A stretch of DNA of 23,750 bases from sequence record FR725450.1; one strand, 5' to 3'. Below the pieces are notes generated by a model. The model was not told the DNA's origin. It made no database searches and was given only the letters and a program-made list of their open reading frames with translations. The position numbers and the translations under genes are program-made. Positions 1-6,928 of this stretch are shown here, in pieces (within the stretch, counting starts at the first letter, position 1; each line of letters begins with the position of its first letter).

Positions 1-8
1 GATCTTGT

Positions 9-824
9 TTAAATGAAATCCGTTATCCTGGACGGCTTCCTGCGGGACTTGCGTTCAATTCTTGTCCTGGCTTTTTGCTGCATTTCGCTCAACTCGCCTC
101 TCATGGCCAGGAACTGGAGCGCGTTGCGCGGCGCGCCGGCGTTGTAGTGGTTGTTAAAGTAGGCATACGTCACAGGGACCTGCGCCTCCACCTCTTTCAG
201 CTTGTCAACCCATGGCAGCAGTTCTTCTTCCGAATAGGTGTACTCGTACCAGACGGGCTTGCCCCTTCCGTGCCACCTTATGTACGCATGAGTTGATGAG
301 GTCACGACGATCTTTGACAGAAACTCTATCGGGGATTCGGTTATCGTGTTTGCGACATTGTGTTTCTTTAGCAGATCCCACATCTCCTTTCTGTCCCACG
401 ACTCGTGCCGGAACTCGACTGCAAAGTGTATGTGAGAAGGCAACAGTCCCAGAAAGGATTCCAGCCTGCCTATCTCGTCATAGGAAAAGCTGGGCGCAAG
501 CTGCACAAGCAGGCAGCCGAGCTTGCCTGCGTCCTCCAGCGGCTTGATGACGTCCAGGAACTTTGCCAGGTCGTCCTCCGCGCCGCCTGCAAGGCGCCTG
601 TCATGCGTTATCGTCTTTGGGAGTTTCAGCGAGAACTTGAACGACAGTCCTGTCGCCTTTTCCCATCCCTTCACCATCGACTTGGTCGGCATGCGGTAGA
701 ACGACGAATCGACTTCGACCGTGTCAAACACCTTGGCGTAAAACGGGAGCTTGGCAACCCTGTTGTTTGGGTAGAAAAGCCCTACCCATTCCTGGTAACT
801 CCACCCGCTGGTGCCAAGGAGCAA
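9..824 (-). CDS. DUF72 (YecE-like) family protein, host gene
   Basis: Family motifs GTSGWSY..W...FYP, TVEVDSSFY, FSLKLPKTITH, LLVQLAPSF, AVEFRHESW, YIRWHGR, YFNNH. The TTG start has a TATA-like ATAAATAT 24-31 nt upstream (855..848, minus strand). Confidence 0.93.
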   Translation of the reverse strand: MLLGTSGWSYQEWVGLFYPNNRVAKLPFYAKVFDTVEVDSSFYRMPTKSMVKGWEKATGLSFKFSLKLPKTITHDRRLAGGAEDDLAKFLDVIKPLEDAGKLGCLLVQLAPSFSYDEIGRLESFLGLLPSHIHFAVEFRHESWDRKEMWDLLKKHNVANTITESPIEFLSKIVVTSSTHAYIRWHGRGKPVWYEYTYSEEELLPWVDKLKEVEAQVPVTYAYFNNHYNAGAPRNALQFLAMRGELSEMQQKARTRIERKSRRKPSRITDFI

Positions 825-871
825 CAGCTTTACTTCATGGCGCTGGGATATTTATCTGCCTACTGCTATTA

Positions 872-1240
872 CTACTGCTGTTGCCTTGGCTTTTTCAGGA
901 ACATCTTGGCCACTTCGGGCAGCGCAAAGGCATAGTGTATGTGGCTGCAGTCCTTGGACTCGCACAGCCCGCAGTAGAGCGTCCTGTCCTTCAAATAGAC
1001 TTCCGCTGTCTTGCCTGCCTTTGAGTCGCGGATGAACAGTATGTTGTCCTGGTACCCTATCTTTGAGAGGTAGGGCGCGTAGCTCTGCAGGAACCTGTCG
1101 CGCTCTATGGCTTCAACGAGCACAGAGTTGATGTATTCCTTGGTATTCCAGTGCATTTTTTCTGCAGCTGACTTCATGACCTCGTACGTCTGCTTGAAGA
1201 TCTCGACCGTTATCACTTCCTTGCCGCCGCGCTTGACCAT
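872..1240 (-). CDS. Putative transcriptional repressor: N-terminal ribbon-helix-helix-like region plus C-terminal Zn finger
   Basis: Beta-strand/helix/helix pattern (KEVITVEIFKQTYEVMKSAAEKMHWNTKEYINSVLVEAIE) and YCGLCESKDCSHIH (CxxC-x4-CxH). Divergent from the viral operon. ATG 1240 is preferred over 1252 from TATA spacing. Confidence 0.6.
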   Translation of the reverse strand: MVKRGGKEVITVEIFKQTYEVMKSAAEKMHWNTKEYINSVLVEAIERDRFLQSYAPYLSKIGYQDNILFIRDSKAGKTAEVYLKDRTLYCGLCESKDCSHIHYAFALPEVAKMFLKKPRQQQ

Positions 1241-1246
1241 GTACAG

Positions 1247-1319
1247 TAACATGTTGCGACATGCTTACTTATATAATTTCTGTATGTGGTAACGTGCTAT
1301 AACATGTTACAACATATTC
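1247..1319. promoter_or_regulatory. Operator-like array of phased AACATGTT-type palindromic boxes
   Basis: TAACATGTTG 1247-1256, CGACATGCTT 1257-1266, TAACGTGCTA 1290-1299, TAACATGTTA 1300-1309 (perfect palindrome), CAACATATTC 1310-1319. Boxes are 10 bp apart within each cluster. Confidence 0.7.
1269..1282 (-). promoter_or_regulatory. Archaeal BRE-TATA promoter for the leftward repressor gene
   Basis: Minus strand reads CAGAAA-TTATATAA, which puts the TSS near 1246, just upstream of ATG 1240. Confidence 0.7.
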
Positions 1320-1320
1320 C

Positions 1321-1328
1321 TTTTAATA
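1321..1328 (+). promoter_or_regulatory. TATA box for the rightward gene
   Basis: TTTTAATA ends 25 nt before TTG 1353, consistent with a leaderless transcript. Confidence 0.55.
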
Positions 1329-1352
1329 CCAGAATGCGACCTGACGGTAGTA

Positions 1353-2245
1353 TTGTCGGCTGAAAGGATGGCTCTTGAAGAGTATGAATATGCCCTGCAG
1401 CAGGCGCGCCTTGCACACGGTGAAGTGAAAAAGTGGATAATCTATGCAGGCGAGCAGCTGGAAATAGCCGGCGTCCAGAAGGAGAAAATATCCACAAAAT
1501 TGCGAAATGACCTGCCGGGCGTCTCGGCCGATTACATAAGCCAGATCTGTAGCCAGATGGGGTGGACGGACAGGCGTTTTCCCCCGGGGTTGAGAAAACT
1601 AAGCCTGAAAATAGTTCCACTCCTTCTGCTTCTTCAGAGCAGCCGCAACAAGTCCACAATGATGATAATAACAAGGCAGCAGCGGAGGAGGAGCCTGACA
1701 AGGCAAGGTGCAGCAAGGAAAACCAGCCCTATATCGACCACCTGCAGAGAAAGATCGAGTTTCTGCAGGACGTGCAAAAGAAGCTCCGCGACAGGCCATT
1801 TCTGTCCCTGCTTGAGAAAAAGCAGTACGACGAGTACATCATGCTTGCAGACAGGGCGGAAAAGCTTGCGCGGGAGGCCTGGGATGCAAGGCAGACCATA
1901 CCTGTTGCCACGCAGTTTTACCTTGCGCAGATAGTGGCGACCTGTACAATCAAGCACGGCGCAAGCGAGTACGTTTCAAAGGTCAAGGACCTTTTTGGGC
2001 TGACGAGCAAGCAGGTCACCAAGACGCTCAAGGGAGTAGTCCGCGACGTGCACTGCCTCTACGAGCCGACAAACAGGGCAGAGGCCCTGATGGACGGCTT
2101 TTACGGCAGGCCATGCGAAAAGTGCGGCAACTGGCGGGTGAAATGGGAAAACGGCATGTGCCATTGCTTCCACTGCGACAGCGACTACCGCGCAAAAGCC
2201 GAGAGGCTGCCGCTGGCAAGGGAACAGGGCGAGTGGTCCAACTAG
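1353..2245 (+). pseudogene. Frameshift-split ~297 aa viral protein with C-terminal Zn ribbon (candidate regulator): pseudogene, sequencing error or recoded gene
   Basis: The N-terminal part (1353-~1580, MSAERMALEEYEY...GWTDRRF) looks protein-like and then becomes compositionally odd. The -1 frame (1562..2245) carries on with a natural-looking sequence ending CEKCGNWRVKWENGMCHCFHC. The junction is TTTTCCCCCGGGG (1577-1589). Confidence 0.7.
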
Positions 2246-2262
2246 CTCTTTTGGTTTGCAAA

Positions 2263-3633
2263 ATGCCATCAAAATCTGAGGTACAGGATGATAATTCTAA
2301 AATACAGGCCCTGAAGGGCAAGCCATTCTGGATCTGGAGCAAGAAAAAGCATGCAAAAAAATCCAAAGACTGCTGTTGCTTTAACCACATTGTCGGCCTG
2401 CCCGTCAAAAACGGCAGGGCCATGCCTATGTTTGACTATGAGAAAAAGATCCACGACCTGCTTGCAAAAAAGGGAAGAAAAGAGAAACAGAAGGACAAGC
2501 ACCTGTGGGTGAAAAAAGCCACAGGGCTTGGGGTGACTGAACTCCTGCTGAGGTACATGGCCTGGCTGTGCTACCGTGACGATTCGTGCAGGGGCGCGCA
2601 GATGTGCATCGTCACCGGCCCGAACAAGGAGCTTGCCAAGGGGCTCATAACCCGGCTAAAGGAGATCTGCAAGGACGTTGAAAAGCTGGAGTCAAAAGAG
2701 ACGGTGGTCGTCCTGAACGGCTGCAGGATAGAGGCTTTTCCGTCGCACCACCTCGACGCGATGCGCGCCCTTGCCAGGCCGGCGTTCATACTCCTTGACG
2801 AGGCCGACTTTTTCCCGCCAAAAGAGCAGAAAAACGCCCGCGACGTCGCAGAGCGCTACATAGCCAAGAGCGACCCGTACATAGTATTGGTGAGCACGCC
2901 CAACATGCCCGGCGGCCTGTACGAGAGCATAGAAAAGGAGGCAGAAGCGCAGTGCATCTACCACAGGCTCCACCTTGATTACAAGGCCGGGCTGAACAAG
3001 ATCTACACAAGAGCCGAGATTGAAAAGGCGCGCAAGTCGCCAAGCTTTGAAAGAGAGTATAACTTGAAGTACGGCTACGGCACAGGCAACATTTTTCCCT
3101 ACCAGCTTGTGGACGCCTGCGTCATGGAATATGACCCTGCGCTGCAAAAGGGCGCATCGGACAGGGTGCTTGCCGTGGACCCTGCCTACGGTTCCAGCAA
3201 GTTTGCCTTGGTAGGCATTGAGCGGCTGGACGAAATGCTGTACGTCAAGGAGGCAAGGCAGTACGAGCGCCCGTCTCCTGCCGCCATGCTCGAGGTGGTT
3301 GCCGAGTTTGCCCGCCAGTACCCGACTGTGCTCGTAGACTCGGCGCATCCGGGGCTAATCAGGGACTTGCAGGAAAAAGGGGTGGACGCACAGCCGGTAA
3401 ACTTTGCAAAAAATCTTGCCGACATGACAAGTGCGGCGGCGCGGGTCGTAACGGAAAAGAAGGTAAGGATACACCCTGCCTTTACGGATCTGCAGTACCA
3501 GCTAAAGGCGGCAGTGTACAATGATAAAGGCCACCCGGACAAGCGCAAACTGTCGTTTGACCTTGGCGATTGTATGTTGATGCTTGCCTATTATTGCCTC
3601 CGCCAAGATGGATTATTCATGGCCGAGATCTGA
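2263..3633 (+). CDS. terL: Terminase large subunit
   Basis: Walker A-like KKATGLGVTE, Walker B ILLDEADF, coupling motif VSTP, RNase H-fold VLAVDPAYG and distal DLGD. Start set at ATG 2263, just after the upstream stop (456 aa). Confidence 0.92.
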   Translation: MPSKSEVQDDNSKIQALKGKPFWIWSKKKHAKKSKDCCCFNHIVGLPVKNGRAMPMFDYEKKIHDLLAKKGRKEKQKDKHLWVKKATGLGVTELLLRYMAWLCYRDDSCRGAQMCIVTGPNKELAKGLITRLKEICKDVEKLESKETVVVLNGCRIEAFPSHHLDAMRALARPAFILLDEADFFPPKEQKNARDVAERYIAKSDPYIVLVSTPNMPGGLYESIEKEAEAQCIYHRLHLDYKAGLNKIYTRAEIEKARKSPSFEREYNLKYGYGTGNIFPYQLVDACVMEYDPALQKGASDRVLAVDPAYGSSKFALVGIERLDEMLYVKEARQYERPSPAAMLEVVAEFARQYPTVLVDSAHPGLIRDLQEKGVDAQPVNFAKNLADMTSAAARVVTEKKVRIHPAFTDLQYQLKAAVYNDKGHPDKRKLSFDLGDCMLMLAYYCLRQDGLFMAEI

Positions 3634-3663
3634 CCCGTTTTCTTGCATATCATGCAGGATCAA

Positions 3664-3674
3664 TAGTTCTCTTT
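3664..3674 (+). promoter_or_regulatory. Putative late-promoter motif copy
   Basis: TAGTTCTCTTT, 38 nt before ATG 3702. Confidence 0.7.
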
Positions 3675-3701
3675 CAGGACAGCCTTCTAATCCTCTCCAG
3701 C

Positions 3702-3920
3702 ATGGAAATCACGATTGAACAGCCAATATCTGTACAGCATGAAGCAGACTTGAAGGCAGCGATCCAGGACAAGCTCAAGGAGTGGGACCTGCGCGAGCCG
3801 GCCGTGTCCATCAAGGTGCGCAGCGCGCTTACGGAACAGGAAAAGACTGCGCTGCTTGTATTGATAAGGAACTTTTACGTGTCGCACGGGTATCCTAACC
3901 CTACAATGGGCACAAGCTAG
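3702..3920 (+). CDS. Hypothetical viral protein (72 aa)
   Basis: ORF MEITIEQPISV...; start chosen from motif spacing; no family recognised. Confidence 0.7.
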   Translation: MEITIEQPISVQHEADLKAAIQDKLKEWDLREPAVSIKVRSALTEQEKTALLVLIRNFYVSHGYPNPTMGTS

Positions 3921-4025
3921 CAGCGTGACAAGCATCCGTACGCCACAATAATAATAACAACCGGACGGGCCAGGGCGCTGCATCATGCACCCGATTAATC
4001 CTTAAGCGCTTGGCCGAGACCTGAT

Positions 4026-4039
4026 CAGTTCTCTTTTTT
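4026..4039 (+). promoter_or_regulatory. Putative late-promoter motif copy
   Basis: CAGTTCTCTTTTTT, 35 nt before ATG 4061. Confidence 0.75.
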
Positions 4040-4060
4040 CCGCCTGCACAACCTCAATCC

Positions 4061-4396
4061 ATGCTCAAGCTAGTGCTTACGCAAGGGTACACATTTGCCG
4101 CAAACGACTATGGCCGCCCGTACGCCTTCAGGATATACAACGAGGACGACACGCCGTTTGACGCGACCACGTACGGCCTGCCAACAATCAAGGTCTTTGG
4201 CATTTCTGGCAACGCGGCCATACAACCGCTGGCAGGCAGCTGGACCGCACAGAACCAGGGAGCAGGCGCGTTTTCCTTTGCGCAGTCAAACTGCCTGACT
4301 GCATCCGGCCCGCACTACATTGAAGTCCAGCTGGAAAAGCCCGGCGTGGCGACAAGCACCGGGCGGCGCAGGATAACAGTCACGCCAAGCCCATAG
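4061..4396 (+). CDS. Small beta-rich virion protein, BppU N-terminal (DUF2479)-like Ig fold
   Basis: Pattern LTQG...YAFRIYNEDDTPFDAT...GAFSF...GPHYIEVQL resembles BppU-type domains (recognised by eye). Confidence 0.5.
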   Translation: MLKLVLTQGYTFAANDYGRPYAFRIYNEDDTPFDATTYGLPTIKVFGISGNAAIQPLAGSWTAQNQGAGAFSFAQSNCLTASGPHYIEVQLEKPGVATSTGRRRITVTPSP

Positions 4397-4405
4397 TTCT
4401 CTTTT
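4394..4405 (+). promoter_or_regulatory. Putative late-promoter motif copy
   Basis: TAGTTCTCTTTT overlapping the upstream stop, 35 nt before GTG 4429. Confidence 0.78.
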
Positions 4406-4428
4406 CTTTTTGCCTGCATTGAAGATGC

Positions 4429-5841
4429 GTGAACCTGCGTTTCTGGCGGCCAAAGCAAGAGGTCTATGGCGTCACGCTTTCAGAGCCGAGTACTAACTCG
4501 TCGTCCCAGGTCTCTGACTATTCGCAGTACCAGCTGTACGTCAGGCCCGAGGTCGACTTTCAGACGTGCTACGAATACTACCGCACAATAGGCAAGGTGC
4601 AGAACGCCGTCGAGTCGTACGTCGCCGAGATCCTGTCGCGGGACTGGTACTTTGAGGGCGCGCAGGAAGGCGTGCAGGCGTGCGAAGAGTGGGAGGACCG
4701 GTTCAACCTCTCGCGCATCATCGAATACATTGTCCGCGACTGGCTCGTATGCGGAAATTCCATCATCGGCATCTCTGACTGGCAGCCCGTGCAAATATCG
4801 TCGATAGCAGGCGTAAGGCGCAGCCCGTACGGGATTGCAGAGCAGTTCGTGCAGGTAGTCAACGGCCGGGAGGTGCCTCTTGACGCGTCGCGCTTTATCC
4901 ACACGCAGTACATCGAGGTAAACCGCGAGGCGTGGGGCATCGGCATGTTCCACTCGCTCCTGACAACGTTTGACTATGGCAGCAGGAAAAGGTCGCTTCC
5001 GCACCTGGAGATCTACCGGCGGCAGATACAGCTTTTCTACAAGATACTGGAAAGGTACGGCTCGCCGGTGACCGTGTGGTTCTTTGAGAACGTGGCCAAG
5101 GCCGAGTTTGACCGGCAGGTCGAGGAGCTGCGGGCGCTGGAGCCGGGCGACAGGCGCATACTTTCAAAAAAGGTCGAGATAGCGACAGAGACTGTCGACG
5201 CGCGGGGCAACCTCATCAACGCGACGTCGCCGGTGATAAACCAGGAAATCGAGGCAGGGTTGCAGACGTCTGCGAACCGGCTGATAACGCAGCCGAGCGC
5301 GATGGCAGATGCCAGAATAGGATCAGAGTACGATGACTCGAAAACTACTGCGATCATGGAAAAGATCAGGCGCGTAATGAATGTCTTGATAATTCCAAAG
5401 ATAACGTTAGCAAGAGTGGAGTTCAAGTGGGGCAAAAAAGACAACTTTGAATTTGATTTCAATCAGTTATTGCAGGCCAAGAGCGCCGGATTTGTTTCTT
5501 CAGAAGAAGGCAGGGCGATCCTGCAGTCTGTTGGCTGGAAACTGGATGACAATCTTTTCAACGCACAGCAGCAATTACAAAAGCAGGAAGACTTTCGTTT
5601 TTTAAATGAAAGAGTGCGGCATATAATTTGCAGCACTCTTCAGGAATTCAATCCATACCACGATGAACGCGGCCGTTTTGCTAGTGCTACAGGCGCCACT
5701 AATTTCTCTGTCGTAGCAACAAAAAGACCAAGAAATTCAAAAGTCAACATAAATGAGCCCATTATACAATCTGAAACACCTACTGAGCAACACAGAATTA
5801 GAGCAAGAAAAAGTGATACAAAACTTTCCCAACAAGATTAG
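4429..5841 (+). CDS. Portal protein with a low-GC C-terminal extension containing an NPYHDERGRF motif
   Basis: Located between TerL and protease/MCP. Portal-like segments (VQNAVESYVAEIL, IVRDWLVCGNS, WGIGMFHSLL, EFKWG). The core ends near 5550, and codon usage turns AT-rich from ~5310. Confidence 0.88.
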   Translation: MNLRFWRPKQEVYGVTLSEPSTNSSSQVSDYSQYQLYVRPEVDFQTCYEYYRTIGKVQNAVESYVAEILSRDWYFEGAQEGVQACEEWEDRFNLSRIIEYIVRDWLVCGNSIIGISDWQPVQISSIAGVRRSPYGIAEQFVQVVNGREVPLDASRFIHTQYIEVNREAWGIGMFHSLLTTFDYGSRKRSLPHLEIYRRQIQLFYKILERYGSPVTVWFFENVAKAEFDRQVEELRALEPGDRRILSKKVEIATETVDARGNLINATSPVINQEIEAGLQTSANRLITQPSAMADARIGSEYDDSKTTAIMEKIRRVMNVLIIPKITLARVEFKWGKKDNFEFDFNQLLQAKSAGFVSSEEGRAILQSVGWKLDDNLFNAQQQLQKQEDFRFLNERVRHIICSTLQEFNPYHDERGRFASATGATNFSVVATKRPRNSKVNINEPIIQSETPTEQHRIRARKSDTKLSQQD

Positions 5842-6445
5842 TGAAGAAACTGCTACAGAGCAGATCTACAAAGCAGAAAAGATAAGAGAGCAGTTTGTAA
5901 ATTTAGCCGACAGGCAAATTGATGATATTTCCGCAGCATATCCTGATGCAGAGGTGACTGCTAGAATAAAAGATAGTTCGAGTATGGTTGAAAAAGTTTT
6001 GCGCAAGCCGAATCAATACAACGATGTATCGCAATTACAAGATACACTAGGTGTTAGAGTAGTTACTAAAGATCTGGATGAACTTGAAACGATCACATCA
6101 GATCTAACAACTAGATACGAAGTTGTATCTGAGGTTAGTTATGTTGATGTACCAAAGCTAGATGGCTATAGAGGCTATCATCTAAATGTAAAAGACAAAT
6201 ACACAGGTCTTGTGAATGAGATACAGATAAGAACAAAGAATCAAGACAAGTGGGCGGATCTTATGCACAATAGAGTTTACAAACCGTCAAAGGAATTAGA
6301 AGAGAGAGTCAGAATGAATCAAGATTCAATATACAAATATGCAAATGAACTTTCAGACTATTATTACAGACTTGATTCAGGCGAGAAAAAAGTTAAAAAA
6401 CCTGAAATATCTAAAATAATTAGAGACATACTAGGAGATGACTAA
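5753..6445 (+). CDS. RelA/SpoT-family small alarmone synthetase domain (putative toxin)
   Basis: All synthetase motifs present: RIKDSSSMVEKVLRK, LQDTLGVRVV, GYRGYH, EIQIRT..QDKWADLMHNRVYK. No hydrolase or regulatory domains. Overlaps the portal 3' end by 89 nt in the +1 frame. Confidence 0.92.
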   Translation: MSPLYNLKHLLSNTELEQEKVIQNFPNKISEETATEQIYKAEKIREQFVNLADRQIDDISAAYPDAEVTARIKDSSSMVEKVLRKPNQYNDVSQLQDTLGVRVVTKDLDELETITSDLTTRYEVVSEVSYVDVPKLDGYRGYHLNVKDKYTGLVNEIQIRTKNQDKWADLMHNRVYKPSKELEERVRMNQDSIYKYANELSDYYYRLDSGEKKVKKPEISKIIRDILGDD

Positions 6446-6656
6446 CACGGATAATTTCATCACAAAGATGTTAGATGATGTTGACAGGCATACACCCAAA
6501 ACAGGCTATAATCTTGTTGTGATAGATGATTTCGAGCCTTTTGGTGAGCAGCTCTATACCTTAGGACACTACGAGACCTATGAAGCAGCTCTTGCAGCCC
6601 AAGAACAACTTAGTGGCAACACTGTAATTTATCCACACAAGCGCGAAAAAGAATGA
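6438..6656 (+). CDS. Putative immunity/antitoxin protein (72 aa, acidic)
   Basis: Start overlaps the synthetase stop (ATGACTAA), same low-GC island. Role inferred from position only. Confidence 0.55.
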   Translation: MTNTDNFITKMLDDVDRHTPKTGYNLVVIDDFEPFGEQLYTLGHYETYEAALAAQEQLSGNTVIYPHKREKE

Positions 6657-6865
6657 TTGAAAAGCATCCTAGAAATATTATCTATGCTAATAAGCCTGAC
6701 TGCCCTGAAATAGTACGTAAAACGATCGGATGTATGGAGGAAGACTGACACATGGTTGAAGAAACTTGGCTTGACAAGAAGGGCATTTCGACACGTATGA
6801 TGAAGCTTTAGAGGCTCAGAAAAAAATACAAAGGCAATTCGGTAATTTATGGACCTGATGATTGA
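6653..6865 (+). pseudogene. Decayed paralog of the upstream immunity-like gene
   Basis: Reconstructed C-terminus GHFDTYDEALEAQKKYKGNSVIYGPDD matches GHYETYEAALAAQEQLSGNTVIYPHK of 6438..6656. It has an in-frame TGA (6746-6748), a missing base near 6780 and an extra A in the A7 tract (6820-6826). Its ATG overlaps the previous stop (ATGA). Confidence 0.7.
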
Positions 6866-6894
6866 ATAACCTTTGGCCCGTAGAACTCGTACAG

Positions 6895-6908
6895 TAGTTC
6901 TCTTTTTT
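6895..6908 (+). promoter_or_regulatory. Putative late-promoter motif copy
   Basis: TAGTTCTCTTTTTT, 34 nt before GTG 6929. Confidence 0.78.
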
Positions 6909-6928
6909 CTAGCCTCATAATCTCATGC

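Noticed and set aside
820-872. Provirus integration into the DUF72 5' end (out-of-frame ATG AAG TAA at 838-830) or an attL site
   Set aside because: No matching repeat near 20386-20467 or 21177-21371, and a TATA-like box fits the TTG 824 start, so the gene looks intact.
2243-2252. TAGCTCTTTT before terL as a late-promoter copy
   Set aside because: Degenerate and only 20 nt from ATG 2263, outside the 34-38 nt spacing. terL is more likely co-transcribed with the upstream gene.
2113-2262. N-terminal 50 aa extension of TerL in the ORF track (similarly 3570, 8698, 10808, 12036, 15573 starts)
   Set aside because: These overlap upstream genes or motif regions. Downstream starts fit gene boundaries and motif spacing better.
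3921-4025. Possible structured ncRNA (CAGCG...CGCTG pairing around an AAT-rich loop)
   Set aside because: Pairing is short and no known family is recognisable. It cannot be supported without covariation data.
6881-6901. AGAACT-N8-AGTTCT hairpin overlapping the capsid promoter motif
   Set aside because: Only a 6 bp stem, not seen at other copies, likely chance.
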